This document shows positions 21,738-32,712 of a stretch of 64,000 bases of DNA, piece by piece (the first letter of the stretch is position 1; each line of letters begins with the position of its first letter). Under the pieces are notes generated by a model. It saw only the letters and a program-made list of their open reading frames with translations. It was not told where the DNA came from and did no database searches. The translations under genes and the position numbers were made by a program. The stretch is from an uncultured Planctomycetota bacterium. Lineage in GTDB: Bacteria; Planctomycetota; Planctomycetia; Isosphaerales; Isosphaeraceae. The stretch covers positions 2,336,001 through 2,400,000 of the forward strand of contig CAWGMQ010000004.1 of NCBI GenBank assembly GCA_963823665.1, in the 5' to 3' direction.

Positions 21738-24111
21738 CTATCCCTTTTTCGGATCGATAACTGTTGGCGGCTCGTACGGAATATGCCAACGGGTAAAGAC
21801 GTGCGCAAGCTTCCCTGTTTTATCGAGCACATCCCAGGCACGGTCGATTGCGGCCCTGAGGTCGCCATCGGACTTGCGCACCGCTGCACTGATCGGAAAA
21901 CGATCCAGCTTTTCCGTACCAGGAAGGGAAACAAGCTTGCCGGGCCATTCCTCGTGGGACAGCCACGCTCCCCGGGTTGAAACCACATAACCGGCAGGTA
22001 ATCGACCTTCTGCAACGGCTTTCAGAATAGCCTCAGTAGTCGGAAACGTCTTCACCATGCGCCCCTTGAGACCCCGCAGTGCTAGACCTTCTTCGATGCC
22101 AATCGGCTCCGAATCCACAAGTGCGCCTCGCCCGGTCTGAATCACTACCTGGTAACTTGCCATATAATATGGCCGCGAGAATTGCACTCGCTGCGCAAAC
22201 CGGTCATCAGGTGTTACACCGAGAAGCACGTCGCAAAGCCCTTTGGATAGCTTCGACGGATAGGAGTCATGCGAGGAATAGGCCCAGTAGACCCGAAGCC
22301 GAACTCCTAACTCCATGGCAAGGAGACGGGCGATCTCATATTCAAACCCCGCCGGCTCGGGGTGAGCCGTCGAGTATGGCATGTTGTTCTGATCCAAACC
22401 TACCACCAACTCACCCGCGGATCTGATGCGGCTCAGTCCTGAATATGCGTGCTTGGAGGTCTGGACGTTCTGCAACTGCGGCTCAATGCCTCGGTCCGCG
22501 ACGGGATGATGAATCGGTTCCAAGTTGCTGTTCAAGGCACTACGCGTGGGCTCAACTGCCGCAGCGTGAAAAGGCAGGTGGTAACGGCGCGAGCAAATGA
22601 TCTACCGTACCATCCTTGATCAAGGCTGCGGTCGCCGCATCAACTTGACGCTTGAGCTCGTGGTCTCCACGGTCCATCGCGATTGCGATGTCCCAGACGT
22701 CGACCGGTACATAATCGGGAACAATCTGGAGGTTCCACTCCGGGGTAGCGTACAAGGTCCAGCCAACATTGGCCCATAGATAGGCATGGTCGATGTCACC
22801 GTCGTTGAGCGCATTGAGTGTGGCAAGTTGGTTGCGGTATAACCTGCGTAGAAACCCCCTCTGCCGCAGCAGGTAATCTGCAACTGAGCCGGCTTCCGTA
22901 CCCAGGCGTTGGGACTTTACCCCCTTGAGCTCTACCAACGACTGGATGTGCGGTCCGTTCTTGCGCTGCACGAGCACATAGCCAGTCCGGTAGTAAGGTT
23001 TCGAGTACAGTAGCTTGCCCGCTAATTCCTCATCATCGGCAACAATATTGGCTGCAATCGCTTCGCCGAAAACCAGATCACATTGGTGTTCGAGGAGCTG
23101 GCCTACGGCGGTCTGGTGCTGCACATCGAGCCATGCAACCTTTAGCTTGAGCTGAAGCCGTTCTGCCACCGCCCTCGCCAGCTCGAGGTCAAATCCTGGC
23201 TGTTCATTCTTCGCGCTGGAATAAGGCAGGTTGGCGGGGTCCATGCTGATCAAGAGCTCGCCTCGCTCGCGAACCTGGTGCCAGGTATCGCGAGCTATTT
23301 CTCGTCGAGCTGGCCCGGAAAACGGCGGATGAAATGGCACTCCGGTGGCATCGTAGATCTGTTGTAATGCCTTCGATTCCGCAAGTTGGCCCAAGGCTTG
23401 GTTGATCTGCACCAGAAGCTGTGCGTCCGTGGCGCGCACTGCAAGGGCCATGTTCCAGCGCTCGCGCGGCACGTAGTCTGCCAGCAGCCGCAAGCTAACT
23501 TCAGGGTGCTCATGTGAGTACCAGGCGGCAAAGTCGGCGTCGACGAATGCAGTGTCGAGACCGGCAGCCGCGAAGCCGCCCAGAAGATCCTCTCGCGACT
23601 TGAACTTGACGACAGAATGGTCTTTCTCCGAGATCGCCACGGTCCCAGCCACGATACCAACCCGTTTGCCCCGGAAATCCGCAAGCGAACCGGAAGTTCG
23701 TGAATTATGTGGAACCACAAGCGCGAACTGGGCGGTTGCATAGGGCACACTCCAGACCACCTCACGGGCCGGTCCTGAGCCCTGCGGTTGCCCGATCACG
23801 ACGTCACAACGACCCGCCGGCAGACAGTTCCATGCGCATTGCGCGCTGGCGCACCAGTGAAATTCAATCGGTCGCCCGAGGATCCTACCCAGTCGTTCTA
23901 TCACAGCAACGTCAAGACCGATGGGCTTGCCGTCTGCCGTCTTGTCCGTTCGTGGCATGGACCTGGGTATGGCGCAGATCGTCAGGACCTTGGACAGGGG
24001 AGCGTGCGCGCCGTCATCGCCAGCATGAGCGGATGCCACAACCAGCGCAGCGCAAATCAATCCTCCTGCGGTTACCACACCAAGCACTTTGCTCGGTCGA
24101 ATTCCAGCCAT
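21738..24111 (-). CDS. Three-domain periplasmic substrate-binding protein (SBP family 3, MxaJ/XoxJ-like); one +1 frameshift at ~22586
   Basis: Signal peptide from the ATG at 24111; three SBP repeats (P.SMP / DPANLPYS / DQNNMPYS; G(L/F)(D/E); CD(V/L)V; S.PY). Removing one base joins the two ORFs as LARYHLPFHAAAVEP (790 aa). Confidence 0.82.
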
Positions 24112-24136
24112 TTGGGATTTGGCCCTCGAGCCTTTC

Positions 24137-25978
24137 CTACTTTTCAACTTCCGGGAGGGCAAAGACAAAAAGGGTATTGCCGCGACGGGCGTTGCGCAGC
24201 CACGGAGCCCCATCGCCGATGAATCCGGCTGTCCAGCCTCCCCAGCCCACGCATACGGCGATATATTGCCTGCCGTCCAGGCTGTATGTAATTGGCCCGG
24301 AGTGGTGGCCTGAGCCGCACTGGAAGGTCCAGAGAACCTTACCTGTCTGGGACTCGTAAGCCGTGAAGAACCCTTCCGCATCTCCGGTGAAGACGAGGCC
24401 ACCAGCCGTGCAGAGCACGCCGGCGACCATAGGCGACCGAGCGGCGACATCCCACTTGATCTTACCAGTGGTCGCATCAATTGCCTTGAAGGCACCGGAA
24501 GCCTGATTGTCGATCAGCGTTAGCGAGCTTCCCCAGTACGGTTGCCCCTTGATGAAGAAAGCCTTGCCTGATGTGAACTTGGCGCAGTTGTTGATCACGG
24601 AGACAAACGCAGTGGAACTGGTGGGGTCAAACGCCATGGGGTTCCATTCCTTGCCTCCGGCTGCTCCCGGACATACACGCGCACCGGCTTCCGTTGGCAA
24701 TGCAGCCGGGCTGACAAAAGGCCGACCCGTCTTGGGATCAAGACCATCAACGCCCTTGGTTTTGTCGGTCCAGGTCACTTCGCAAAATGGCTTGCCGTAC
24801 AAGAACTCGCCGTTCTCGCGGTTCAGGCAATAGAAATAACCGTTGCGGTGAGCTTGAATGAGGGCCTTGGTGGGCTTGCCAGCCACGTTGACGTCAACCA
24901 GAAGAGGCTCGTTGACGCCGTCATAGTCCCAGAGGTCATGTGGGCTGTTCTGGAAATGCCATTTATATGAGCCGTCATCTGGATTGAGAGCAAGAATCGA
25001 GCACGTGTAGAGGTTGTCTCCTTTGCGGACCTCGCCGTTAAAGTCAGGCGAGGGATTGCCGATACCCCAGTACAGCGTATTGAGCTCAGGGTCGAACGTC
25101 CCGGTGACCCACGCAGAGCCGCCTCCAGTTAGCCAGGAATTGCCTTCCCAGGTCGTTCGTGCCTTCTGTGCATGCTCCGACTTGTCATCGGCGCCGGGAA
25201 CTGTGAAGAATCGCCACTGTCGTTTGCCGGTCTTGGCATCGTACGCGTCAATAAATCCGCGAATGCCATACTCGGCCCCGCTGATTCCGATGATGATCTT
25301 CCCTTTGACGGCCAGCGGAGCCACAGTTGCACTGTAGGCCATTTTGTAGATGTCGCTGATCTCTTTGCCATCTTCGCCGGCAACAGTGATCGGCATATCC
25401 CACACTTCTTCGCCGGTATTCCGATCAAGGCACACCAGGTGTGCGTCGAGCGTTGCCATGTAGAGCCGGTCACCCCAGGCCGCAAAGCCGCGATTCACAG
25501 CATCACAGCATAGCGCCAGGTTCTGTGGCAGCGATTTCTGGTAATGCCATAGCTGCGAACCTGTCTTGCAGTCAATTGCATAAGCGTGATTCCACGGTGT
25601 CGTCACGTACATGATGCCGTCGATCACCAGTGGCGAGCATTCAAATCCGTCGAGCACACCGGTTTGAAACGTCCAAACCGGGATCAACCCTTTGACATTC
25701 TTGGTATTGATCTGGTTGAGCGAGCTATAGCGATGCGCATTATAGGTCCGGCCGTACATCAACCAATTGGCGTCATTGGCACCCGCTTTGAGCAGATCAT
25801 TTTCATCAACAGCGCCGACCGGCTCCGCCGGCTGTTGGGAATTCCCGTTCGGTCCAAATGCTTGGAGGTGCCCTCCCATGAACACGAGCCAAACGGCGAG
25901 GCAAAGTGAGATGATCAGATAGAGACTATGCACTCGCAGACGTGCGGGCGCGCAGCAGGAGAGGTGCAATGCGCTCAC
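24137..25978 (-). CDS. PQQ-dependent alcohol dehydrogenase (methanol/ethanol family), predicted lanthanide-dependent
   Basis: Signal peptide; NWLMYGRTY..HRYS, vicinal CCDAVNRG, GAEYGIRG, YWGIGNP, HDLWDYDGVNE, CPG..GGKEW, GWGGW. Confidence 0.95.
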   Translation of the reverse strand: MSALHLSCCAPARLRVHSLYLIISLCLAVWLVFMGGHLQAFGPNGNSQQPAEPVGAVDENDLLKAGANDANWLMYGRTYNAHRYSSLNQINTKNVKGLIPVWTFQTGVLDGFECSPLVIDGIMYVTTPWNHAYAIDCKTGSQLWHYQKSLPQNLALCCDAVNRGFAAWGDRLYMATLDAHLVCLDRNTGEEVWDMPITVAGEDGKEISDIYKMAYSATVAPLAVKGKIIIGISGAEYGIRGFIDAYDAKTGKRQWRFFTVPGADDKSEHAQKARTTWEGNSWLTGGGSAWVTGTFDPELNTLYWGIGNPSPDFNGEVRKGDNLYTCSILALNPDDGSYKWHFQNSPHDLWDYDGVNEPLLVDVNVAGKPTKALIQAHRNGYFYCLNRENGEFLYGKPFCEVTWTDKTKGVDGLDPKTGRPFVSPAALPTEAGARVCPGAAGGKEWNPMAFDPTSSTAFVSVINNCAKFTSGKAFFIKGQPYWGSSLTLIDNQASGAFKAIDATTGKIKWDVAARSPMVAGVLCTAGGLVFTGDAEGFFTAYESQTGKVLWTFQCGSGHHSGPITYSLDGRQYIAVCVGWGGWTAGFIGDGAPWLRNARRGNTLFVFALPEVEK

Positions 25979-26063
25979 GGCGACTCCCTCGCTTCCACAT
26001 CAGGGTGTGTTACGGAATCCCGATCCGCGACCAAGGAATTCCAGCTTGACCCGGCAAATGGCC

Positions 26064-26091
26064 ATCATACTGGCAACATCCTGCCAGTCAA
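26064..26091 (-). promoter_or_regulatory. sigma70-type promoter with overlapping palindromic operator for the PQQ operon
   Basis: Minus strand TTGACT-N16-TATGAT; ACTGGCA-N6-TGCCAGT (26069-26088) fills the spacer. Confidence 0.7.
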
Positions 26092-26232
26092 GGAAGTCAA
26101 AACCCGTGGGGAAACATGGTGAAATGCTCGCCAGACCCTGCTCAATGCACTGATCCGGCGCGCGCGTCAGGTGACTTATCGAGTGTTCAACGCGCAGGTC
26201 CGCTGCTTGCCCGTTCCTTGAATGTGAAGCTC

Positions 26233-27477
26233 CTAGCCCCAATATGATTCGCCAGGCGCAAGGTGGGCTTTCACGACATCTGGGTTTAACTCCAGGCCAA
26301 GCCCGGGCCGGTCGAAGAGCGTGATATGACCGTCCTTGATGACACGCTGGTCATGAATAACAACATCGTCCATCCAGTCCCCATGACCCACTACCGTCTC
26401 CGAGGCGAGAAAATCGCGGATCGTACCAGCCCAGTTCGCTGTTGCAATCGTGTGAACGAGGCTGCCGGTATTGTGAGTTGCCATCGGCAGAGAGAATATT
26501 TCGGCGAGGTCGGCAATTCGCTTGGTCTCCAGAAATCCTCCTGTGTTGCGCAAATCCGGGTGGAGAATGTCGCAGCCTTGATTGATGACGAAATCCTTGA
26601 ATCCCTGTCGCCGGCAAAGGTTTTCACCAGTGCAGATCGGAACTTTTGAGCTTGCGACCAGACGGCGCCAGCTTTCGGTGTATTCAACAGGCATTGGGTC
26701 CTCCAGCCACAGCGGTTGAATTGGCTCAATCGCCTCGGCAATCTGGATTGAGGTTCGGAGGTCATACTCCCAGTGGCAGTGGACCATGATGTCGTGGTCC
26801 CAGCCCAGTGCTTCACGACAGTTCTCGAAACCACGGCGAATTCGCGTGATCTCGGTAGTGGTAAGAAGTCGGTTTGAACGATCGCGTGCGGGGTCTGTCC
26901 GCGGATCAGTATGTTCGAATCCGAACTTGTGGATTGTAAAACCGCTTGGATCAGATTTCACACGTGCCGCCCACTCTCGGCATGACGACGGGTCCATCAT
27001 GTCACGTGGAGCTGAGTGATCGTACATGCGAACACGGTCACGAAACTTACCGCCGAGAAGTGTCGTCGTCGGGACTCCTAGCGTCTTCCCTGCCAGGTCC
27101 CACAGCGCCATCTCGATACCGCTTGCGGCGCGGATGAGCATATGCGCCGACCCATCAGTTCGCCATCCGAACCCGGTCATGAGCACATCAATGCCCAGCG
27201 GGTCCTTGCCGATCAAATCCGGCTTCAGTGCCAGGATTCCCTCTTTCACACCTATGCCGGGGCTCCCATAAGCCTCGCCGACGCCGTAAAGTCCTGCATC
27301 GCTCTCAACCTTCACGAGGGTATATGTCCTGGGCCCCTGCAGGATCATCACGTTGATGTCGCGGATTTTGGTCTTTCCCTTTTCTGAGGCAACCATCGCC
27401 CGAAAGTGGGAAAGAAAAGCGGCCCCGGGTAAGAATCCCAGAAATCGCAGGAATTGACGGCGGGACGTGTCTCTCAT
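26233..27477 (-). CDS. Mandelate racemase/muconate lactonizing enzyme family protein with Tat-like signal
   Basis: [42 protein letters not shown]. Confidence 0.9.
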   Translation of the reverse strand: MRDTSRRQFLRFLGFLPGAAFLSHFRAMVASEKGKTKIRDINVMILQGPRTYTLVKVESDAGLYGVGEAYGSPGIGVKEGILALKPDLIGKDPLGIDVLMTGFGWRTDGSAHMLIRAASGIEMALWDLAGKTLGVPTTTLLGGKFRDRVRMYDHSAPRDMMDPSSCREWAARVKSDPSGFTIHKFGFEHTDPRTDPARDRSNRLLTTTEITRIRRGFENCREALGWDHDIMVHCHWEYDLRTSIQIAEAIEPIQPLWLEDPMPVEYTESWRRLVASSKVPICTGENLCRRQGFKDFVINQGCDILHPDLRNTGGFLETKRIADLAEIFSLPMATHNTGSLVHTIATANWAGTIRDFLASETVVGHGDWMDDVVIHDQRVIKDGHITLFDRPGLGLELNPDVVKAHLAPGESYWG

Positions 27478-27582
27478 AATCTCACCCTTTGCGATATTGT
27501 GCATTTTGGCTCTTGGCTAGAAGGGCTACAACAGACCAACCCAAGGCATCACCCTGGCGACCCACTCACGAGGTTTTCCTCA

Positions 27583-28605
<1,023 letters not shown>

Positions 28606-28609
28606 TAAA

Positions 28610-30346
28610 TCACTCCGAGGTTACACGAAGTTCCGGTGTCCGCGCATAAAGCTCGGCCTCAAGCTCTTGCCGGCGAAGTAACATGTCGCAATACCAAGAA
28701 TGTCGTTTGCGGTAATGGTTCGCGAGCATCCGGTTTTCGGCGACGTAGCAACGTGCGTTTTCACCAATTTGCTGCGTGAACACGGCGTCAGTGATCAATC
28801 CTTCCAGAAACGAGGCAAACTCGTCAGTGGAGCGATAAATCAAACCGGTCTTGCCGTGTTCAATAGTACGCTCGTAAACCGTGGGGCTAGCCAGACACGC
28901 GACCGAGTGTGCAGCACATTCGATGAACTTGAGGTCCGACTTGTGTTCGTTGAAACGCGTTGGCTCAAGCGGCAATAACGCGACGGTTGCCGTGTCCAGA
29001 AGTTCGTGGTACCGCTCATAAGAGCACAATGGTTCAAAGAGTTTGTATGGTGTCGCGAGAGCATCAAAGAACACGCGGTCGTAGACGACTTGAACTCTCA
29101 CCTTGTCTCCGCATCCGCTCAGTACATCGTTGAGCGCGGGCATCAAAAGCGCCCATTCGGCCTCGCGATTCAGGGCGCCGAAGAAGAGAGTCGGCGGTTT
29201 GGGTGAAGGGTCAGCTCTCCGTTCTGATCGCTGCGGTGGCAACGTGGCAACCTGATTCGAAAAAACAGCGACATGCGGATTGAACTCACGAATGGTTTCC
29301 GCCAGTAATTCCGTGGTCGTCTGAACGCAGTGGCAGCATCGCAGGGCCAGAAAGTTTGTCTTCACCATGTCGGCAAAATGCCGCGGATCATCGTCCAGCT
29401 CAGCCACAATCAGGTAACCATTTGCAAGCAGCGCCCGTTGAAGCATCAGGTGATCAGCCACTGGCACAATGACCCTTTGTTCAATGAAGACCTTCTTCTC
29501 GTCGGGCCATGTCTGCTTCAACTCGTCGAACTGGAGCCCAGTTCCAGTTCGGATACGAAGTCCTGGTATGGTGGCCAGGAACTGGAGAGGTTCTCTGACG
29601 CGTACATCGCTCGCGAGCGCCGAGCCAATCAGCGTCCAGATCAGCATCCTTGTTGCTGCCTCGGTGGCATGCACCGCCCGAACAAGATACTGAACAGCTC
29701 GCGTTTGCACCTGAAACGAAGCAGGGTCAATGGCCATCGCAGAAAGCACGGGTGCCATTATCTGATAAAAGCGATCCGCCTCTGCACCTGGCCACCATCG
29801 TGGCTGAATATCGAAGACTCGCAAACCCGCCTTGGCAAAAAGGTTTTGAATCCCCGAGCGGGTGAAGAATCGCAGATGAGTCTTGTCCAGGAGTCCTTCG
29901 TCTTGATAATCCCACTGTCCACGCAACAAGCTGACGATCACCGAGTAATGCTGGACGTTGGGGATACAAGCGAGAACTTGACCCCCTTCGCGAACAAGGC
30001 GAGAAAGTCTCGTCAATGTCGCCCACGGATCAACAAGATGCTCGAGCACGTCGCCGAAGACCAGGCAGTCAATGCTTGGTTGCTCTTCGGATAAGCCAAG
30101 TGTTTCAGGCTCGACTGTCTCCAAATCGTTTTCAATCACCCGGTCCACCTGACCACTCATGCGTGCACTGCAGGCGGCCTCAGCGTGCTTTTCGACGCCG
30201 ATATAGGTCACGCGGGGGTTGATACGCCGATAGGCCTTCGCCAGCGCACCGGCGCCGCAGCCAGCCTCGAGCACGACGGTCGCATCCGGTGGAATCAACC
30301 GTAACAAATCGGCATTGACGCGATTGTAATAGTCTGGAATGGCCAT
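28610..30346 (-). CDS. SAM-dependent methyltransferase fused to a glycosyltransferase domain
   Basis: VLEAGCGAG, GDVLEHL.DP, IPNV, GLLD.THLRFFT; C-terminal LLPL....FN..KSDLKFIE GT domain. Confidence 0.88.
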   Translation of the reverse strand: MAIPDYYNRVNADLLRLIPPDATVVLEAGCGAGALAKAYRRINPRVTYIGVEKHAEAACSARMSGQVDRVIENDLETVEPETLGLSEEQPSIDCLVFGDVLEHLVDPWATLTRLSRLVREGGQVLACIPNVQHYSVIVSLLRGQWDYQDEGLLDKTHLRFFTRSGIQNLFAKAGLRVFDIQPRWWPGAEADRFYQIMAPVLSAMAIDPASFQVQTRAVQYLVRAVHATEAATRMLIWTLIGSALASDVRVREPLQFLATIPGLRIRTGTGLQFDELKQTWPDEKKVFIEQRVIVPVADHLMLQRALLANGYLIVAELDDDPRHFADMVKTNFLALRCCHCVQTTTELLAETIREFNPHVAVFSNQVATLPPQRSERRADPSPKPPTLFFGALNREAEWALLMPALNDVLSGCGDKVRVQVVYDRVFFDALATPYKLFEPLCSYERYHELLDTATVALLPLEPTRFNEHKSDLKFIECAAHSVACLASPTVYERTIEHGKTGLIYRSTDEFASFLEGLITDAVFTQQIGENARCYVAENRMLANHYRKRHSWYCDMLLRRQELEAELYARTPELRVTSE

Positions 30347-30511
30347 GAGCCCATTTTGCCTGCGCATTGGCACCGGCAAAAGGACTCATCCAACGGCGCA
30401 CCAAACCTGCTTCATTTACACCAGTTAACTCTCCGGAGTATCTTGGACGTTCGTCAGAGGGTTTGCTCTCGCGCAAAGCAAGAATGTTTTTCAGGATTTT
30501 GAGTCCCGCCA

Positions 30512-32485
30512 ATGCTTCCTGGTCCCGTTTTTAACTTCGAGTTGATGGCCACCGCCCGGCGCAACCGTTTCTATCTGATCCGGGCGTTCTATGCGGCGAT
30601 CCTCTTTTTAATTCTGTGGGCTGTTCATGCGACCTGGACCTCAGAGACCGGTGGTGAGCTGGCAAGTCAGATGGTGCCGTGGTTTGCCTTCTCGACATTC
30701 TGTGCGATCACGATCGGTCAGGAGATCCTGGTGCTGCTTCTGACACCGGCCTTGGTGGCTGGCGTCATTGCCGACGAGAAGCAGCGCAAGACTCTGCATT
30801 ATCTGATGGCAAGCCAGTTGAGCAGTGCCGAAATTGTCCTGGGCAAGCTCTTGGTACGGATGCTCTATGTGGCCGTTCTCCTAGGCGTTAGCTTGCCAGT
30901 CTTGAGTCTACTGGTGCTCCTGGGCGGCATCGACCCGCGACTCGTTCTGCTTTCTGTTGGAGCAACCCTCAGTACAGGCTGGTTCCTGGCATCACTTTCG
31001 ATCTGGGTTTCGACGATTGCCAAGCGAGTTCGCGAGGCATTTTTCATCGCCTTTGGACTGGAATGTCTCTGGCTATGCTCGCCGTTTGTCTTGAGGCGCA
31101 TCCCGATCCCGGCATTACCCCTGTTCAACGAGGCTGCTCACTGGCTTTCCGAGTGGCTTGGCGCTAGTAATCCTATCGAAGTGGTTTGGGAATTGTTTTA
31201 CTCCACAGTCATAACGCGTGGCAGGGGCACGAAATCGGAAGTGGAGACCATAGTCTGGATGATTGGTCTGCAAACCGCGTTCGGGCTCGTCATGTCGATT
31301 GTTGCAGCGTGGCAGTTGCGACCGATTTTTCGCCGCCAGGGCTCAGAGGGCGAAGCGAGGGCGAAATGGGCTCGTTCCTTTCGCAGGAGGAGGCGTACTA
31401 ACCGTGAACTGGCTGCGAACGCGAGAAGTCCAATCGTACGAGAGGTTCAGGCTGCACCAATCAGACAACGACGTCGCCGGCTCTGGCACCGTCCAACCCT
31501 GGGTGAACATCCCATGCTCTGGAAGGAGCTTTATACCGGTCGTCCTGGGGGATTCACCCGGCTCGTCGGATTTATGCTGACGGCGATCGCCGGAGGCGTA
31601 CTTGCCTATAACACCCACTGGCTAGCATCCTTGGCAATCGAGGAGATATGGGAATACGGCCGTAACGCCCCGAGAACCCAGTACCTGGCATGGGGACATC
31701 GTATCGCGTTCATGTGGTTCCTTCGGGGGGTTCTACCGTTAATCTACATCGTCGGCATGCTGGGAGTGGCAGGTGCCGCAGCTGCGGCCTTTACCTCCGA
31801 GCATGAAGAAGACACCTGGGTAAGCTTGACGGCAACCGATCTAACAGGCCGCGAGATTCTGTTCGCGAAGATGGTTGGTGCGATCAAGAGAGCACGCATC
31901 TTCGGTGGCGTGATCGTCTTCCTGGCTGTCCTGGGCGCCCTTCTGGGATCGATCAACCCGCTCTCAATTCCCCTGCTGATCCTGGCACTGGCCGTCTATG
32001 CCTGCGCTGCTGCCACACTTGGGCTCTGGATCTCGCTTCAGCTCCGCTCGACCTGGCGAGCGCAGTTCCTGACCATGGCATGCTTGCTGCTTATCAACGT
32101 CCTCGGCCAAGGTATGCTGAATATGCTCTCACGGTTCGGATATGCTCCCCAGCTCTGGCCAGGATTCACGCCTTACGAGATCGCGAAACTGGTCCTCGAT
32201 CCTGAGTTCCTGGAGCACTTATCCAGCGTGCGCTGGCCCAATTACTGGTCCATTTCATCGATGAATGACAGCCTCTTCTGGCCAATCTCCTTCAGCGTTC
32301 TGAGCGTGTTTGCCTATTCTGCATTGTCTGCCCTGCTTATCTGGCACACGCTTCACCAATTCGAGATCGTTGCCGGCCGGGCTCGCCGCACACCACCACC
32401 ACCTCCCAGTCCTCCCACACTTCCTGATCCGCAAAACGCCCTCAGGATCACCAAACAACGTGAAGTAATCGATGGCGTTGCTTGA
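30512..32485 (+). CDS. ABC-2 type transporter permease (planctomycete type, duplicated domain)
   Basis: GPVF..EL...ARR; AG.IADEKQRKTL..L....LS..EIVLGKL; second copy EHEEDTW.SL.ATDLTGREI.FAK; many TM helices. Confidence 0.85.
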   Translation: MLPGPVFNFELMATARRNRFYLIRAFYAAILFLILWAVHATWTSETGGELASQMVPWFAFSTFCAITIGQEILVLLLTPALVAGVIADEKQRKTLHYLMASQLSSAEIVLGKLLVRMLYVAVLLGVSLPVLSLLVLLGGIDPRLVLLSVGATLSTGWFLASLSIWVSTIAKRVREAFFIAFGLECLWLCSPFVLRRIPIPALPLFNEAAHWLSEWLGASNPIEVVWELFYSTVITRGRGTKSEVETIVWMIGLQTAFGLVMSIVAAWQLRPIFRRQGSEGEARAKWARSFRRRRRTNRELAANARSPIVREVQAAPIRQRRRRLWHRPTLGEHPMLWKELYTGRPGGFTRLVGFMLTAIAGGVLAYNTHWLASLAIEEIWEYGRNAPRTQYLAWGHRIAFMWFLRGVLPLIYIVGMLGVAGAAAAAFTSEHEEDTWVSLTATDLTGREILFAKMVGAIKRARIFGGVIVFLAVLGALLGSINPLSIPLLILALAVYACAAATLGLWISLQLRSTWRAQFLTMACLLLINVLGQGMLNMLSRFGYAPQLWPGFTPYEIAKLVLDPEFLEHLSSVRWPNYWSISSMNDSLFWPISFSVLSVFAYSALSALLIWHTLHQFEIVAGRARRTPPPPPSPPTLPDPQNALRITKQREVIDGVA

Positions 32486-32621
32486 TGAGATGGGCGCACA
32501 CGGTACGCCCAATTTTACGCCCAATTGATTCCCCAGAGCCTCCAAACTTTCGTGCTCTCCGCGGTCGATCTAAGTAAGGCAAAGTATTGAGAAAGCCTAC
32601 TCGTTAATCGAGTGGCCTGCG

Positions 32622-32650
32622 TTGACGTGAAAACGGGGTTGGGCTATGGT
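32622..32650 (+). promoter_or_regulatory. sigma70-type promoter of the kdsD-kdsC operon
   Basis: TTGACG-N17-TATGGT. Confidence 0.55.
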
Positions 32651-32712
32651 TCGTCCACCAGGTCAGCATTGCTGGTTACAGGGTGGCGCCGAGGGGGGCA
32701 GGGAGGCCCACG

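Noticed and set aside
20859..24111. Treating the cytochrome and SBP fragments as true pseudogenes or five separate genes
   Set aside because: Single-base corrections restore intact, motif-complete proteins with no other decay.
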